Notes: generated by a model from the sequence alone, not told the origin. Numbered from the whole stretch's first letter, positions 13,010 through 27,000 are shown. The stretch is 63,065 nucleotides of DNA, filler included, from Choristocarpus tenellus KU-1152 (GCA_964200185.2; 11 parts of 11 records of this genome joined end to end with filler, not necessarily neighbours in it); one strand, 5' to 3'. Numbers and translations: made by a program.

Positions 13010-16000
13010 CTCTAGCTCCTCCTCTCCTTCACCCCCATATAGTCTGTGTGCCATGCTGCCTGGTTGGAGTAGGGTTGTGCGACTGCCAAGACGCATTGTC
13101 CCTCCCATGCGCTGACGATCACCCTCAGGCATAAACACCACCACCTTGGACAGGTTGTACATACATCAGACCAAAAGGGGAATTTTGTAGAAGGAGAAAG
13201 GGGAAGAGGTGGGGGGAAAATTAGCTTCACTGAGACAGATATTCAAGTTTAGCTAAGGAGTCTAGAGTGGTGGAGACTGAAGAACATTGGGGAAGATTTA
13301 AAATACAGTTTGGGTGAAAAGGATGTTTTTTTTTGTACAGTCCTTTTGCTTGGTTGGAAAGTGGGACCAATCAATCAAATAGACCAATCAAATAAACCCT
13401 TCCACCTTCCTGTTGTTGACATTGAGTGAGGGTCAGAGACATTGAGATCAAGAAAAAAACACTAGAGGTATGTATATATATATGTATATATGTATAAATA
13501 TACAGTCATTGGCACCACTGGAGATGGAGGTCCTATTTTGAACCTCCTTGACATTGTTGATCTGAATTGAGATCATTTGTAATCAGGCGTATACATTTCA
13601 TGCATGGACTTTACCAATTGAAGCAATTTCTCATATAATGATGACAATATCTATAAAAATCTAATACCATAACTGTTAATATTTCATGTGTCATGTCATG
13701 TCATGTCTGTCATGTCATGGTACATCAACAGTTGAGCCAAAGTATCTTAGGGTTAGGGTAGAGTGGCGTCCGTTTAGGTGACAAAATCCAACGTTGCGAT
13801 TTTGATGTAGTTCTGGCTATCCTGTTTGTTAGGAAGTGTCAATATCCTTGTTCCGGACACACCTTTTCACGACGTATACATTTTAACTACTCCGAAACAT
13901 TTTGGAGTAGGAAAATGTCATACAAGTACTCCATGGGAAGCCAAGCCCCAAATGGACAAACAGGGAAAAACTCATACCCTAACCCTAAGATACTTTCAGT
14001 CGTTGGCAGTTCTAGTCAGCCCAAAGTACACCTTACCTCCTCTCCTTCCTTGAGTCCCTTGACAAACTCTGCACTGTTAGACTTGGGACGCACCAGTTTT
14101 GACCTGATCAATTAAACACACACCATCAGACAATACCAAGAAATAGTCAAAGACCAAAGTTGAACATGGAGGAATAACCCTTAGTAGGGATGTATGCCAC
14201 GGGAAGGGGTTTGATGCAGATCAACCATGGGAAGGGCTACAACAGGCGGATGGCTCATGGGAAGATACAAAATACAATTCAGGGCACTGGAGGACTGTGG
14301 GTACAGTACCATATTATGAGGACTGTGAACATTTCATCTGGTCAAAAAAACCAGGTTGAACCTTGACCTCCTGCAGACTACAGTCCAACACTGTACTTGT
14401 GTACAGGAGTACCACCTTTGGTCCACTTAAAGTACTTTCTTGAGGACAAACTATCACAAATACATCGAAGTACTGAATTGAAGTAGGTCCACTTAACTGT
14501 TGTCAACGCTATGGGAGGGTTGGGATGTGATTCTCAACCTACTCCTCAAAAACCTTCAATTTGGTACAGCCATGTGTATTCTCAATCTAATCATCTAATA
14601 CCCAAGGTGTCATACTCAGATCGATATTCTGGCTAATATTCTGGTTGATTCTGCACACATCTATTACTAAAAATCTACAACTCTGTCTGTGACATTTAAT
14701 TCCAAACAGTGATGGAAATCAATCACACATTCATCACAGAAGAAATGACCATCCGATGTATGTATCTAATAATAAAATGCCACTAGGCAATGACAATGGT
14801 GCAATGAACACTATTAATACGTATCACTGTTTAAATCACTACTAATGGTAATGGTAATGGTAATTGTAATTGTAATTGTAATTGTAATTGTAATAGTAAT
14901 AGTAATAGTAATAGTAATAGTAATAGTAATTGTAATAGTAATTGTAATTGTAATTGTAATAGTGGCACCGTTTGAATTTGATCTAAGAACAATAAAATAA
15001 GAATAAAATGATAGATTGGTTTGAATACATGTGCAGTGCTGAAAACCATGTTTCCATTTGAGTCAAGAACATCAAAGGTTTTGTAGTCAATACAATGAAT
15101 ACCTACAAAAGAATCAAAATTAAAGTACAAAAGCAATGAATGAACAAGGTGTGACTTGGTCCTGTTGTTTGGTTATGATCTTCAAACAAACAGTCTTGCT
15201 AATGAGGATTTTATCCACAATACACAATAAAAGATAGATTAAAAAAATTTCCCTGTTACCACATCTTCGAACAAAAGGAATAATTAGTGTACTACAAGCA
15301 AGGGGTATACCCTTGTAGTGTCTTCTGCTCACCAATGTAGGAGATACTAATATTTTAATGTACAGTATGATCTCTCCCTCACCTGGCAAACTCTATAACT
15401 GCAGCCTGCATACCAAGACAGATGCCAAGGTATGGAACTCCCTCACACCTTGAAAAAAATGTGATAAAAATATAAAATTCAGTAAACCATGGCTTAATTA
15501 AAAATGAGTAAATCCGTGGGATAGTTTTATTGAATCAAAAACACACATAAATACACACACACACATATATAGAAGATGTATACAGATGTTCTCAGGTGAC
15601 ACATCAATAGATGCAAACATATTTGATGGAACAATTGGGAGTGGCCTTATGTGTCCAGTTATATCAAGAGACAAAACAAGACTAGCAGTTGGTATTTGTT
15701 GTAGGAAGTAATAATACAAAACAAAAAGCAGAGCACTCTATGGCACATTTTCTTTTTAATGTGATGAAAGGTAGGTTAGGATCTCAGCATTAAAAAAATA
15801 AAATGATAAACAAGTTCAACAAGACATTTCCTTGCAGCAGTCCAACCTCAACCTCAACCCTAACTCTAACTAGAACAGTAAAACAGCCTTCCATACATTC
15901 AAATCACCATGCCCTATCAAGACACAACTTAGGTTTAACTTGGTTGGGAGTCGTATCGGACTGAGGTCATGAGGCTCAGCAACCAAACAGAGCACATGCT

Positions 16001-18129
16001 TTAGATGAAACTTCAAATTTTCTGTCTGTAGGCACAGACCATACACCATACCTTGCATACTTGACAGCCTCAATCATCCCCTCCAGACCTCGCAAGCCAA
16101 AGCCTCCAGGCACCAGCACCCCATGAGAGGAGCGCAGAGTTTTCCACGCCAGAGCATGGCGTTCGGGATCCTTGAAAAAAAGTAAGAAAAAAGTAAGAAA
16201 AAAAAGTAGCTAAAAAAAATAAACAGGCTAACTTGTGCAGCACAGTAGAGACAGTACCTTGAAATAAAAAAAAACAAAGCAAAAAGGATTAGTGCCACTA
16301 ATAGTACTCATAAAGAACAAGAAGGGGTATATTGAAGGGGTTTGTTTGGTTTGTGATAGGCTATCCCTGTGTGAACAGAATGGGAAAGTAGTCCGTTGTT
16401 TGTAGAGATTGGAGACAAAATAATGAAATAGTTAACCAGAACACAAGAGCCACTTCTGTATCCTCTGGTGTAGTATGTAATACACTGTGCGATCCAAACT
16501 AGCTACAATTCTTAATACTACTCTAAACTAATGATATTCGAAGTACTAATGAATACATTCCATTGGGTAAAGTGTGATTGCACAAGGATAATCAAAGTAA
16601 AATGTTCTGGAAAAAAAAAATTCAGAACAAATTTTAAGGGCCAACAGCGACTTCTTTTTTTTTATAGGAAAGCTCTGTGCAATTAGGGCTAGGGTCAGAC
16701 CTTCTTGCACTACGATAGGTATTAGTATTGCGTCAGGGAATATCTCAATTTGGTTGAGGTGAATTCATCTGTCAAAGGAATGACACCCACGATAGTTCTA
16801 CAAGGCAACATAAGATTAAATAAGATTTGATAAGGTAACTGTATGCATTGTCAAGTGTTGCTCTCACTTGCTGTATTTGTGATGCCTCAAGGGCACAGCT
16901 GTCTATCCACTCAATCTTGAGTTTGAAGTTGCAGGCAAGGGAGGCATGGAGGAGAGCCTTCACCACGGATAGGTAAGTATCGTGATTTTCGGTGTACTTT
17001 CCCACAAGTGCTATACGAGTTTCTTTTGTAACTGAACAGGCACAGAAATAAACAAAAAAGAAATGACAAAGGTGGAATCCCCCATGCAACAGGGATTCGA
17101 TAAGTTACTGATGTACTGATGTACTGATGGGTTGTTGTACAGTGTTGTACAGGTGTATTAGTTACGGTACAGGGAAACACATTTTTTTTTCTATGACTTC
17201 TTAACCTCAAAAAAAAAAAAGTAGAATGGATTGAGATGAGAAAGGAAATGCTACAACTGAAGAATAATATTACTAGCACCCAGGACCAGTGTTGTTGAGT
17301 GACGTGAATGGTGTGAATCTCTCCCTTGATTGTTGGTGTTGTGACCCTCTCACTTCTACAGGACGAAAGCTTCCAGGAACAGCAAAATATATGATAGGAA
17401 CAGACATCCACCAACGCCACTAGCACAAAATAACCCTAACCCTAACCCTAACCCTAACCAATATGATCCCCTTTGATACTTGAACGTAAGGATGCATGCA
17501 AACATAGCAATAATAAACAAAACATGTGCATCAGAGTCGAAGTACACTGGTATATCTTTCTTGACTGTAACCAACTGGTATATCTTGAAGACTGTACCTA
17601 ACTGGTTTATCTTGACTGTAACCAACTGGTATATCTTGACTGTAACCAACTGGTATATCTTGACTGTAACCAACTGGTATATCTTGACTGTAACCAACTG
17701 GTTTATCTTGACTGTAACCAACTGGTATATCTTGACTGTAACCAACTGGTTTATCTTGACTGTAACCAACTGGTATATCTTGAAGACTGTAACCAACTGG
17801 TTTATCTTGACTGTAACCAACTGGTATATCTTGAAGACTGTAACCAACTGGTTTATCTTGACTGTAACCAACCCCAATATCTCGTCCAAAATAGCAATTT
17901 GTAAATAATGTCATCACACTTCAACAATATAATAAAATTATACTGCAAAATATTGTAATAATGAAATAATATTAAAATGACAATAACTCACCACTATCGT
18001 AGGTTTGAGCAAGATCTTTCCACTCTTTGAGGCGACACTCATCGAGCTGGAGAGGTGGAAGGTTCGATGAGCTTTCTCGGAACGGTCCAGAACCAATCCT
18101 CAGGCGTTGGGTCAACAGAGCGGGGAAGT
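13010..18129 (-). CDS. CTPS: CTP synthase, internal part (glutamine amidotransferase domain). Exons 18129-17992, 17031-16868, 16170-16052, 15448-15383, 14103-14037, 13144-13010
   Basis: Phase-compatible exons give [52 protein letters not shown] (catalytic Cys), SNSAEF and [17 protein letters not shown]. Confidence 0.96.
13734..14001 (+). mobile_element. MITE family A copy (Sola-like termini) in a CTPS intron
   Basis: Colinear with 37786-38045. TIR GAGCCAAAGTATCTTAG...CTAAGATACTTTCAGTC. Confidence 0.85.
14843..14962. repeat. Hexanucleotide microsatellite (TAATNG)n
   Basis: Consecutive taatgg/taattg/taatag units. Confidence 0.95.
17559..17870. repeat. Minisatellite of 21/24-bp units (TCTTGA[AGA]CTGTAACCAACTGGT(A/T)TA), ~14 copies, in a CTPS intron
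   Basis: Direct tandem units are visible; they explain the repetitive ORFs on both strands. Confidence 0.95.
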
Positions 18130-19425
18130 CTGACGACAGGAAAATAAATAAAGTAGTAGATGTGGTAGGACCATGCCCAACGGGTTAAGGTTAGGGTTAG
18201 GGATGATAGCATGAATCATATATGTGATTATGTGCAGTTTTTGAGTGTGATTGATAGATTTGGGGGNNNNNNNNNNNNNNNNNNNNNNNNNNNNNNNNNN
18301 NNNNNNNNNNTTAATTAATTAANNNNNNNNNNNNNNNNNNNNNNNNNNNNNNNNNNNNNNNNNNNNTGAGGGTGTGGGGAGAGCAGGGGGGGGGGGGGGG
18401 GGGTCAAGGCAGGTGCTCATACCACTTACGGGCAACCAATCCCTTGTTGAGTTCTACAGGGAAAAAACACAGGAAATACTAGCTGTCAAAAGCAATGCAG
18501 ACTGGGGAGGGAATAGGGAGTGTAGGGGGCATGGCAGGAGTGAACGTATCGATATATTTGCTGAACATGGGCCATCATGTTGTGGGAGTTCATTCATACG
18601 TGTTCAAATTCACAGCAGGGAAACAAACAAGACACCGTGAGTCGCAGTGCATTCGTGATACTTCCTCAGGATCAGAGTTGTTTTGAGATAGGCCTATGGT
18701 TGGAGCAACTAACAAGAGTATGATGGTTGATGCCAGTGCTGACCCATTCCCACAAACAAGGTGCTTCCAGCAACACCACTTCTGGAAAGGCTTGCTTCAT
18801 CAATCCCCATGTGAGCCCCCCATCTATTGAAGGTACCACAACATGGCAATGAGATAAAATGACCTATCGACTGCAGTGATGGAGACTACAGCTTTAAAAG
18901 AATCAATTCTCACCAATGCAAAAGTTCTTTGAACGGTTTTTGGCAGCTGAGAAAATGTCCAGAAATTCTGACGGTAAGGCCTCTATGTCTAGTTTCCCTG
19001 CCACCGTCTGGAGATGCTGCACCACAAAAAAAAGGGGGAAGAAGTGTTCCGTGCCGGTAGGGTACAATGAAAAACATCTGACCCCAAGTATACGATTTGA
19101 TTGAGCAAACTTGACAAAATCCACAGCAAATCCCTAAAAAGGTACACCTTTGGAGGGATCATGTTAGGCTTAGGAGAAGAAGGCAAATTTCTTCTAGAGC
19201 AGCAGAAAACCATAGCAGCACCCGGGGCAAACCGTACCAAACAATAAAAGCACCAAACAAAAACCGTAGCCATAACCCTAAAGCATAAAACCACACAGTG
19301 AAACTGCGAGAAACACAACATTAGACCTATGCTATTACTACTACAACTACTACAACACACACATCAAAACATAAAAGTACAAACAAAAAAACACCAACCT
19401 CCATGTCAAACCCCCCCCCCCTTAC

Positions 19426-22400
19426 CTCAAGCGTCAGCTGAAAAACCGCAGCATCCAACTCTGTGGGGTTTCCTCGACCAGGGCCCTCCAGCCTCCTCGC
19501 CCCCCCCTCGCCCTCCAACTCCGACAGGCACCAATAGAACACCTTCAGCCACTGCACTAAACCCTCCAAGACCGGGATGTGTGTCAAAGCACACAGGCAC
19601 ACCGGGCACCACAGCCTGCCGTCACCATTCCCCCCCCCCCCCCCCCCCCCCCCTTCGCCTCTGCCCCTCTCCCCTGATCCCACCTTCCCCCGCCCTGGCA
19701 TCCCATTGACCTCTCCCCTGACCCCAGCCGGCCGGTAAAACGTCAGGCACAAGCCGTACGATCGTACTCCGGCGGTGAAACGCACAAATGATGACACGTG
19801 CGGAGACGGCTGAGTTGGGGAGTCTACAAGATACACGCCCTGGGGAAAGCAAAACCACTCCACCTTGGTTGCGGTGATATTCGGGGTGGTGTGGTACAGG
19901 AGTGGGGGGGTAGGGATGGTCGTCTGTTAGAGGTACATTTTTGGAAGTAGTGTTACAGTTGAGTACGAAGGTTCCCCAATAATTAATTGGTCGTTAGAAT
20001 TGATGCAGGGGTTGGGTGAGGTGGTGTGGTTCTGTGTCTTGTCTGGGGTAAACAGAAGTGTGTGCGCTCATGTATTTGGTGGTAGGGTCATTATCAAAAG
20101 ACTGTAGTTAAGATGAGCCTAGAGGAGCAACTGAGAGCTGTAGGCAAATGGGGTGTTGAGGTGTGCAAGACATTCCTCAATGTTAACTGCAGCAGTAGCA
20201 TCATCATCATCATCATCATCACCATCATCTTCATTATCAAAATCTTGCTCACATATATACATCCCTCTCCTTCAACTCCCTATTCTAGTATTAACAGTAC
20301 AACCAAGCACCTCCAGCATCAAACACATCCAGCGTAAATAAAGCACACACAAAAAAAATCAAGAAAGAAAAATATAAATGCCAGCACTACGACTAATGCA
20401 CCATACACATGGACATGCATCACGTCCTCAGGGAAATCCCTCACAGCCGAACTCACAACTAACAGTCCCTTGAAAAACTCCTTAAAAAAAACACGTACAC
20501 TCCCACCGATTGCCAAAGCAAACTAGAGCCTCCACCTTGGTAGGGAACGGCGCATCACCACGCTGCTCCTCAGGAAAGTGCTCCAGAACACAACACTCCA
20601 GCTCAACCTCTGATACGGGCCCAATACCTCCGAGGAGGGTACCATTCTGTCCAGAGGATGTCGCTGCACCAGAGGAACCAAAGCCACAGTCAGCATAGTC
20701 TGCCACCTGCAACTGACCGTTCTCGTCTAAGGATGGTCCCACCTGGCATGACAAAGAGTAGGATAGAGATAGGATAGGGTAAGGGCTGACTTCTTGTTTT
20801 GTTTTACAATAAAAACATAAGAGCTCGCTCGCTCCTCTGTTGTTGGGACTGGTTGGTGGCTTTAGTCAGAATAGATACGAACGCAAGTCAAAAACTGGAG
20901 TGCCAAGAACAGCAGCAGGAACTGAACCACGATCGTCATTTCGTGCGGGTCATCATTCGCCGGAACAAACCTCAAGATTCGGTCTCAAGGGATCCCGGAG
21001 GAGAACGGGATGTTCCAGGACATGCGATGGGCACTGGGATTGAACGATGTGGGAAGGCTACAACGCATGCAGAAACTTTGACAGGAAATAACCCACCACC
21101 AGAAAGTAGTCCACCAGTCCCGAAGGCAAGACCTCATCGATCGACAAAGCCATTGCTGCCTCTGCTGCAGCACTCCCCTAGAGAGTGAGAGGAAAGGAAG
21201 GAGGGGATGTTTTGTTTTGTTTTGGGGGGGGGGAAGCAAGATCAACCCAATCGTTGTACCTTCATTGATCCGGACACTGTTCCCACAGGTGAGAGCTTCA
21301 TGTCCATCACTAGAAAAAATGATAATAATTATCCTTCTACCGCACCTAAGGAGTGGGTCAGTTGCAGGCAAGAACAACGACCCCCCAAGTTTGAATCCAA
21401 AAAATGGCAACCCTCTCTCTTTGAGTGCCCCCTCGTCTTCCCTCTGTATCAGTCACACACCCTCACGTTAATCAACGTGTGTTTGTGTGTGTCTAGTGTG
21501 TGTCTAGTGTCTAGTGTGTGTCTAGTGTGTGTGTGTCTAGTGTGTGTTGCATGTTGCATACGTGTGACAGGGATGAGAACTGTCCAAAAGCACCTATGCT
21601 ATCCTTCCTCCAGGACACACCGCTCCTGCCACAAACAAGGAGCTGAACAATACAGGTGACATCGAAAAACGCACCACTCACTCTTTCCTCCCAAAAGAGA
21701 CTCACCAAGTGATGCCCTGAAGTGCCCCCCCATGCCCCGTGAGTCGGCGGGGGCAGCGTTCCTGTATTTGTAATCCCCGCCCCTAACCCTACATCACCGA
21801 GTTCAGTGGACAACAGGCTGTTGTAACCAGAGGCTATAATCTCTAGCTCATGCTCAAAAGGGTCAATACTTGGTCTACTTTCCACAGCACCAACTTCAGT
21901 CCTAGACCCAGCAGCAGTACTATCATTCAACTCTCCCTGAGTGGAAGCGCTGGTGACCTGCTTCTCACCACCGCCACTCAAGCACTGCTGTGGTGACAAC
22001 CGTCCCCACTCCGATAACGACCCCCCATCCGAGTTTCGCCTCTCTGTGTTCCCATCCTGAGGTAGTGGCACATAATACTCCGGAGCACCTGCTTCCTCCC
22101 CTTTGCCACCAGCCCTTCCTTTCGCAGGGGAATGACCATCCACAAATCCCAGCAGCCCTTCCCTGGTTCCCTTGAAGAAGTTTAGGATACCACGGCTGCT
22201 GCTCAAGCCGCCAGATGTGCTCCACGTCCAGGTTGTCCCTTGCACCTCCGATGCCGAGCCTGCACCCTCATCCTCCTCTAGACCTCCTTCGAAAGGATCC
22301 TCATCTCCATCAAGACTGGCTGTCACTTGCAAACCATTATTCCCCTCCCCCCCCCAGCCCCCACCCTCAGCTGCTCCTTCTCCTTCCCCCGCTCCTTGTG

Positions 22401-22605
22401 CCACATCAGGAACATCAGCTGGGGTAGGCAAGCTGGAGGTTGTAGTGAACAAGAAGCGCAGCCTGAGAGCTGCCTTAATGAAGGTCACACTGGAGCCTGC
22501 TGGAGGGTGCAGCTGGTACCACTGCTCAATGGGTTCATTCTCAGGCAGGCGGAAGACAGGGACAAGGGCCTCCCCAACCACCACATCATGGCCCTCACTT
22601 ATTGT
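19426..22605 (-). CDS. C2-domain + DENN-domain (Rab GEF-like) protein, partial. Exons ~22605-21706, 20742-20536, 19863-19426
   Basis: C2-like segment VVGEALVPVFRLPENEPIEQWYQL...LRLRFLF; uDENN motifs VLEHFP...FPTKVEWFCFPQG, SFVRFTAGVRSYGLCLTFY, WCPVCLCALTHIP. The 3' end of the large exon is uncertain. Confidence 0.85.
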
Positions 22606-23457
22606 CTTGCACAAGACAAAGTCAATCAGTGTGTACATGGGCATGTGTGCAGTGCATACACAATAGAGACAACAGGGGGTGAGTTGAGCAGGATTTGGTT
22701 GGGGGCAGGGGCAGGGACAGAGATGTAACAGAATCAGAAAAGTGACAGAACGGGACAAAACAGGACGTTAAACTTCATTTCCTAGACAAAAAAATATAGT
22801 GCACTTGGCTTAATCTCAACTATAGCTCAGCCCCAGCACTAGTCATAGACCTGGCCCTACGATAATGCCCTCCATTTTCAAACCCCTTGCCATTTGAGGT
22901 CTGTTGCATCACTAGCCCACTACAATTGACACCACCTCAACCCATATGCACATTGGTAGGGGTTTTAGGAGAAATAGAGAACGAATTACATTGGGTATGG
23001 CAGCCTTGGCCCAAGCATTGGCAGTGAAATAGTGTGCCACAATAATGGTAAAAGTCTAGCATGACACCTACAACAAACCGCAAACCAACCGATTTTCCTT
23101 TTTTCACTACCGACCGGAACAAAAGATTCTAAGTTTGAAAAAAAAATCACCAAGTTCTGTTGGCCCCAGCCATTGCCATACTCTGAGATTTCTGTTCCCC
23201 CTCAGTGCCCCTTCTACATTCAGAGCACCATCTCCAGGCATAGAACCAACCCCCTCCAGGACCCACATGCAGCACAACCCCCCCCCCCCCCCCCCCCCCC
23301 CACCCACCCCCCGCAAAGAGGACACTCACCCACAACAACCGACACCACCCCACAATGNNNNNNNNNNNNNNNNNNNNNNNNNNNNNNNNNNNNNNNNNNN
23401 NTTAATTAATTAANNNNNNNNNNNNNNNNNNNNNNNNNNNNNNNNNNNNNNNNNNNN

Positions 23458-23523
23458 CGTGGGAAACCAAGGCCCAAATGGACAAACAGGGAAAAACTCG
23501 TACCCTCTAAGATACTTTCACTC
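23458..23523 (+). mobile_element. MITE family A, 3' end cut by the contig edge
   Basis: CCCAAATGGACAAACAGGGAAAAACTCGTACCCTCTAAGATACTTTCACTC matches the right end of the family. Confidence 0.85.
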
Positions 23524-24015
23524 TGTAGTAGCGTGAAATTGCAGTTTGAGGGCACCCTATTGGCTGGATAGAATATGTACACAAATTCATTGCAGCAAAT
23601 ATTGTTTTTGTTTCATGTCCCCTACTCCTTGCTGTGATGTAATCCATGATATTGATATTATTGATCTCAACACAAATGATTCTGTGCTCTCTCCTATCGA
23701 ATTTAAAACTCGGTCATACTGTGATCCCTTTTGGTATATTCAGCGATGGTCAGTACACCATCCTGACCTATGCCCTATACCCTGCACTACTGACTTAAGA
23801 CATGTATCCATGATGGTGTACACTGACAAAAGAAATTCAGCAACCCATATGATAAACTCTTCAGTATGCCATTCAAAAGCAGCCTTCCCCTGCAAAGTCT
23901 GCCAACTCAACATATGACCCAAACCGCTCCTAGTTATAAAATGTCCAAGTTGTTCCCCAACAAGCCAGCAAACAAACAAACAAGCCCCATGCACACACTC
24001 ATGCATGTAATGCAC

Positions 24016-27000
24016 CTGTTACACTGGTCGGCAGAGAAAAATTGCAAGCATGTTGCAAGGTCTGTCATCACCCCTGGATGTGATTCCCTCCCTAAGGTAC
24101 TATCCCGAATCAGTCCCATGACTCCCTCGGACAGCAGGAGAGGTACACGTTCTTCTCTTGCCATGCCCTTGGGTGTCTCCCCGCTCATTTCCTTGTCAAG
24201 ACCCTTGCCTCGCTCGACTTCTCCTACATGCCTCCCCATTCTATCCATTTGTAGCCCTCTAATGGAGTTCCCCTTCCACACTGTCACCCTTCCTTTGCTA
24301 ATCTTGAGCTCAAAGTCAGAGGGATCAGACCTGACATGGCTGTTGGAACTAACACCGCTGGCCATGAGACGGAGGGCCCTTGCACAACAGCGGATGCAGT
24401 CATCATTTCCTGAATGAAGGAGGAGTGAGCAATATTGAGGGGAGCAGGGGGAGAAAAAGGAAACAAGTATTTCTTCAAGCTATTGTGCAGCATCACCCTC
24501 CCTGCTACACCTGAAAGAGTATGGGCTAGGGTGCAGGGTGGCCTTCTGAGAGAGGTACGCTTCTTGTCCCCTCAAGGGTAACAAGCTTCTTGCTCTCCTA
24601 CCTATAGACCTGGGCAAATTTCCGTGCATACCTTCTGGAATCAGTAGGTTGCGCATGAGACGCACAAGACCTGACATGCGTGCAAGGGCGGCCCCCTGCA
24701 GACCAAACACCAGTCAGGGAGAGGAGAACGTACTGGGAGTGATAAGAATTGGAGTGAGACATATACAATTGATGTTTCAAGAGGCTCATGGTGAACTCCA
24801 AGGAATATTTTTTTACTGTCTCTCATATGTCCAGACACAGTTCGAACGTTTGCCCACTCTCTCACCACTGCCTCTTTTAATGTTTCAAGAAACAAGAGGC
24901 TCAAAGTATCTGGGAGGGAGGAGGGGGGTCTACAGGCAGGGTGTCCATTCGGGTCCGGACCAGGAAAAGTGTACTTATATTATCCATCCGACACATGCAA
25001 CCAAATCACCCAAAAATCACGACATGAAAAAATGGGCCCCGAATTGACAGCCACCACCCCCCCTAAGACACTTTGAGTCAGAGATCATCCGATACACATT
25101 GCGGATTAGTGGGGCATGAATGCCCTCAAGGGCATGGGCTTTGAACTTCAGGGCTCAGGAGGTTTTTTCCGCCGTGGCCCCTCATTTATGCCATGCATGA
25201 ACTCTCTCATTTACCATCCATTAATCCGCTCCAAAAACGGCATAGTATCAAGTGGATTAGGTTTACCCCATTAAATGAACAATAGATATGCCCCCCTCGT
25301 CCATGTATCCTGACAAGCTAACATCCTGTCACTTAGATCGACGCAGAGAGTATGAACAACGAATGATTATCCAATGAGTGGATTCGTTCAGAGGTAGCCG
25401 GTTCCGCCTTTTCCATTTTTTGCATGCTCTCACTCACATGGTCTGGATTCTTGCAGAGTCCCACAAGTACCCTAGCACAGTACATCTTGGTTCCAGGCCC
25501 TGTCTCATGTGCCACATGCCGTAAGACATTTTGTGGTCCAAGCTAATAGGCAGCAGTAGTGAAAATTTGAAGAATGCTACGTGAGGTGGGCCGTGAGGGT
25601 AGTTGCAAAGTTGGGGAGGCAGCAGAGGGTGCCTCAAATGCATGTGACCTCATCATTGCCCTCTCTATCCATTCCTAATGTAAGATTCCCTAGTCTTTGT
25701 CTGAAATGAGGGCGCAGTGGGATGATTGGGCTAAAAACCCTCTATGCGCTAATGTATCAACTGAACAATAAGGAAGACACACTTCATTGCAAAGAAAGAG
25801 CCTACATTGGACATTGCCCACCATCTATTTTCTGTGTTGTGAGATTTCTTGCTCATGCCCCTGCTAATGTCCTAACCATACATCTTCAACATCAATTTCC
25901 TATGCTAAATGTGCTACTCTCATGACACTGCCAAGCCACTGAGTTCCAAATAGAAAAATATATATTTTCAGCTCAGTGAGAGCAGAGTCTATGAATCTTG
26001 ACTCATGCAAGCACTCAACATTAAGAAATTGATACTTGCACATTGCCTATGTCAAAGGCCATGTGTCCAACCTGTATAATGGATTCCACAATTCGTGGAT
26101 CGCAGGAGAGGTTGAACAAGGTCCTTGCACATTCAGCCCTATCTGCAGGGGTGCCGTCCTTGGCAACCTTGATGAGTCCCCAGAGCACTCCCGCCTCAAT
26201 CAGGGCCAATGTGACTTCTCCCTGAGCATTGTTTAGACACAGAACAGAATGAGGAGAAAAATGAAAGTCATATATTAGGAAAGAAGACATATTATGAACG
26301 GATGGGAGAAGAGACGGGAGGAGTAGGCAGGGAGTGGACTGAGCTAAGTGTTGGGAAGGGATGTTGGTCAACAATCGCCCATGTCATACTTATTTTCAGG
26401 TGCCACTATATATCCTCAAGCTGTGAGGTGATGAAATAAGGTACGCATGCAATAGTTCAATATATCTTGTCCTCACATTCCCACTCTCATCCTTTATCCT
26501 TATTTCAGGTTCAGCTATACCTGCGAGAGAAGATTTGAGAAGACTTGTGCACAGATTGCCTTGGCTTCAGCTGTATTGCTCCTGAGCAGTGCAACAACCA
26601 CAAGCTCTCCTGCTAGGGTCTTCCCTTTTGCCTCTCTCCCACCCCCTGGCATTGCTAAAATACGTGCACACTCCTGTGTCAGGGAAAGGTTGCGCAGGGC
26701 TAGTGCCACTGCCCTCTCAGTGGGTAAAGGACTGCCACGCAGCAGATCCACCACAAAATGCATCACAGGGACCCTGCGGCAAAGTTCATTGGCATACTGA
26801 TTTCCATAACAGGAATTTCCGGAGGAGGGAAGGAGGAGGAGGAGAAGGAGGAGGATGACAATGACCAGGAGGAGGAAGAGGAGGAAGAGGAGGAAGAGGA
26901 AGAGGAACAAGAACACGGTTCATGGGGCCTGTTCATGTGTCGGGTGGAATACAATGGTTGGGAGAAGGACTTCACAAGCGGCTTGGTTGGATCAGATTCT

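Noticed and set aside
14831-15136. Leu/Gln-rich ORF; likewise the poly-Glu ORFs at 26758 and 39316
   Set aside because: These are translations of microsatellites.
17356-17917. Repeat-protein ORFs (177, 142 and 128 aa)
   Set aside because: They arise from a minisatellite inside a CTPS intron.
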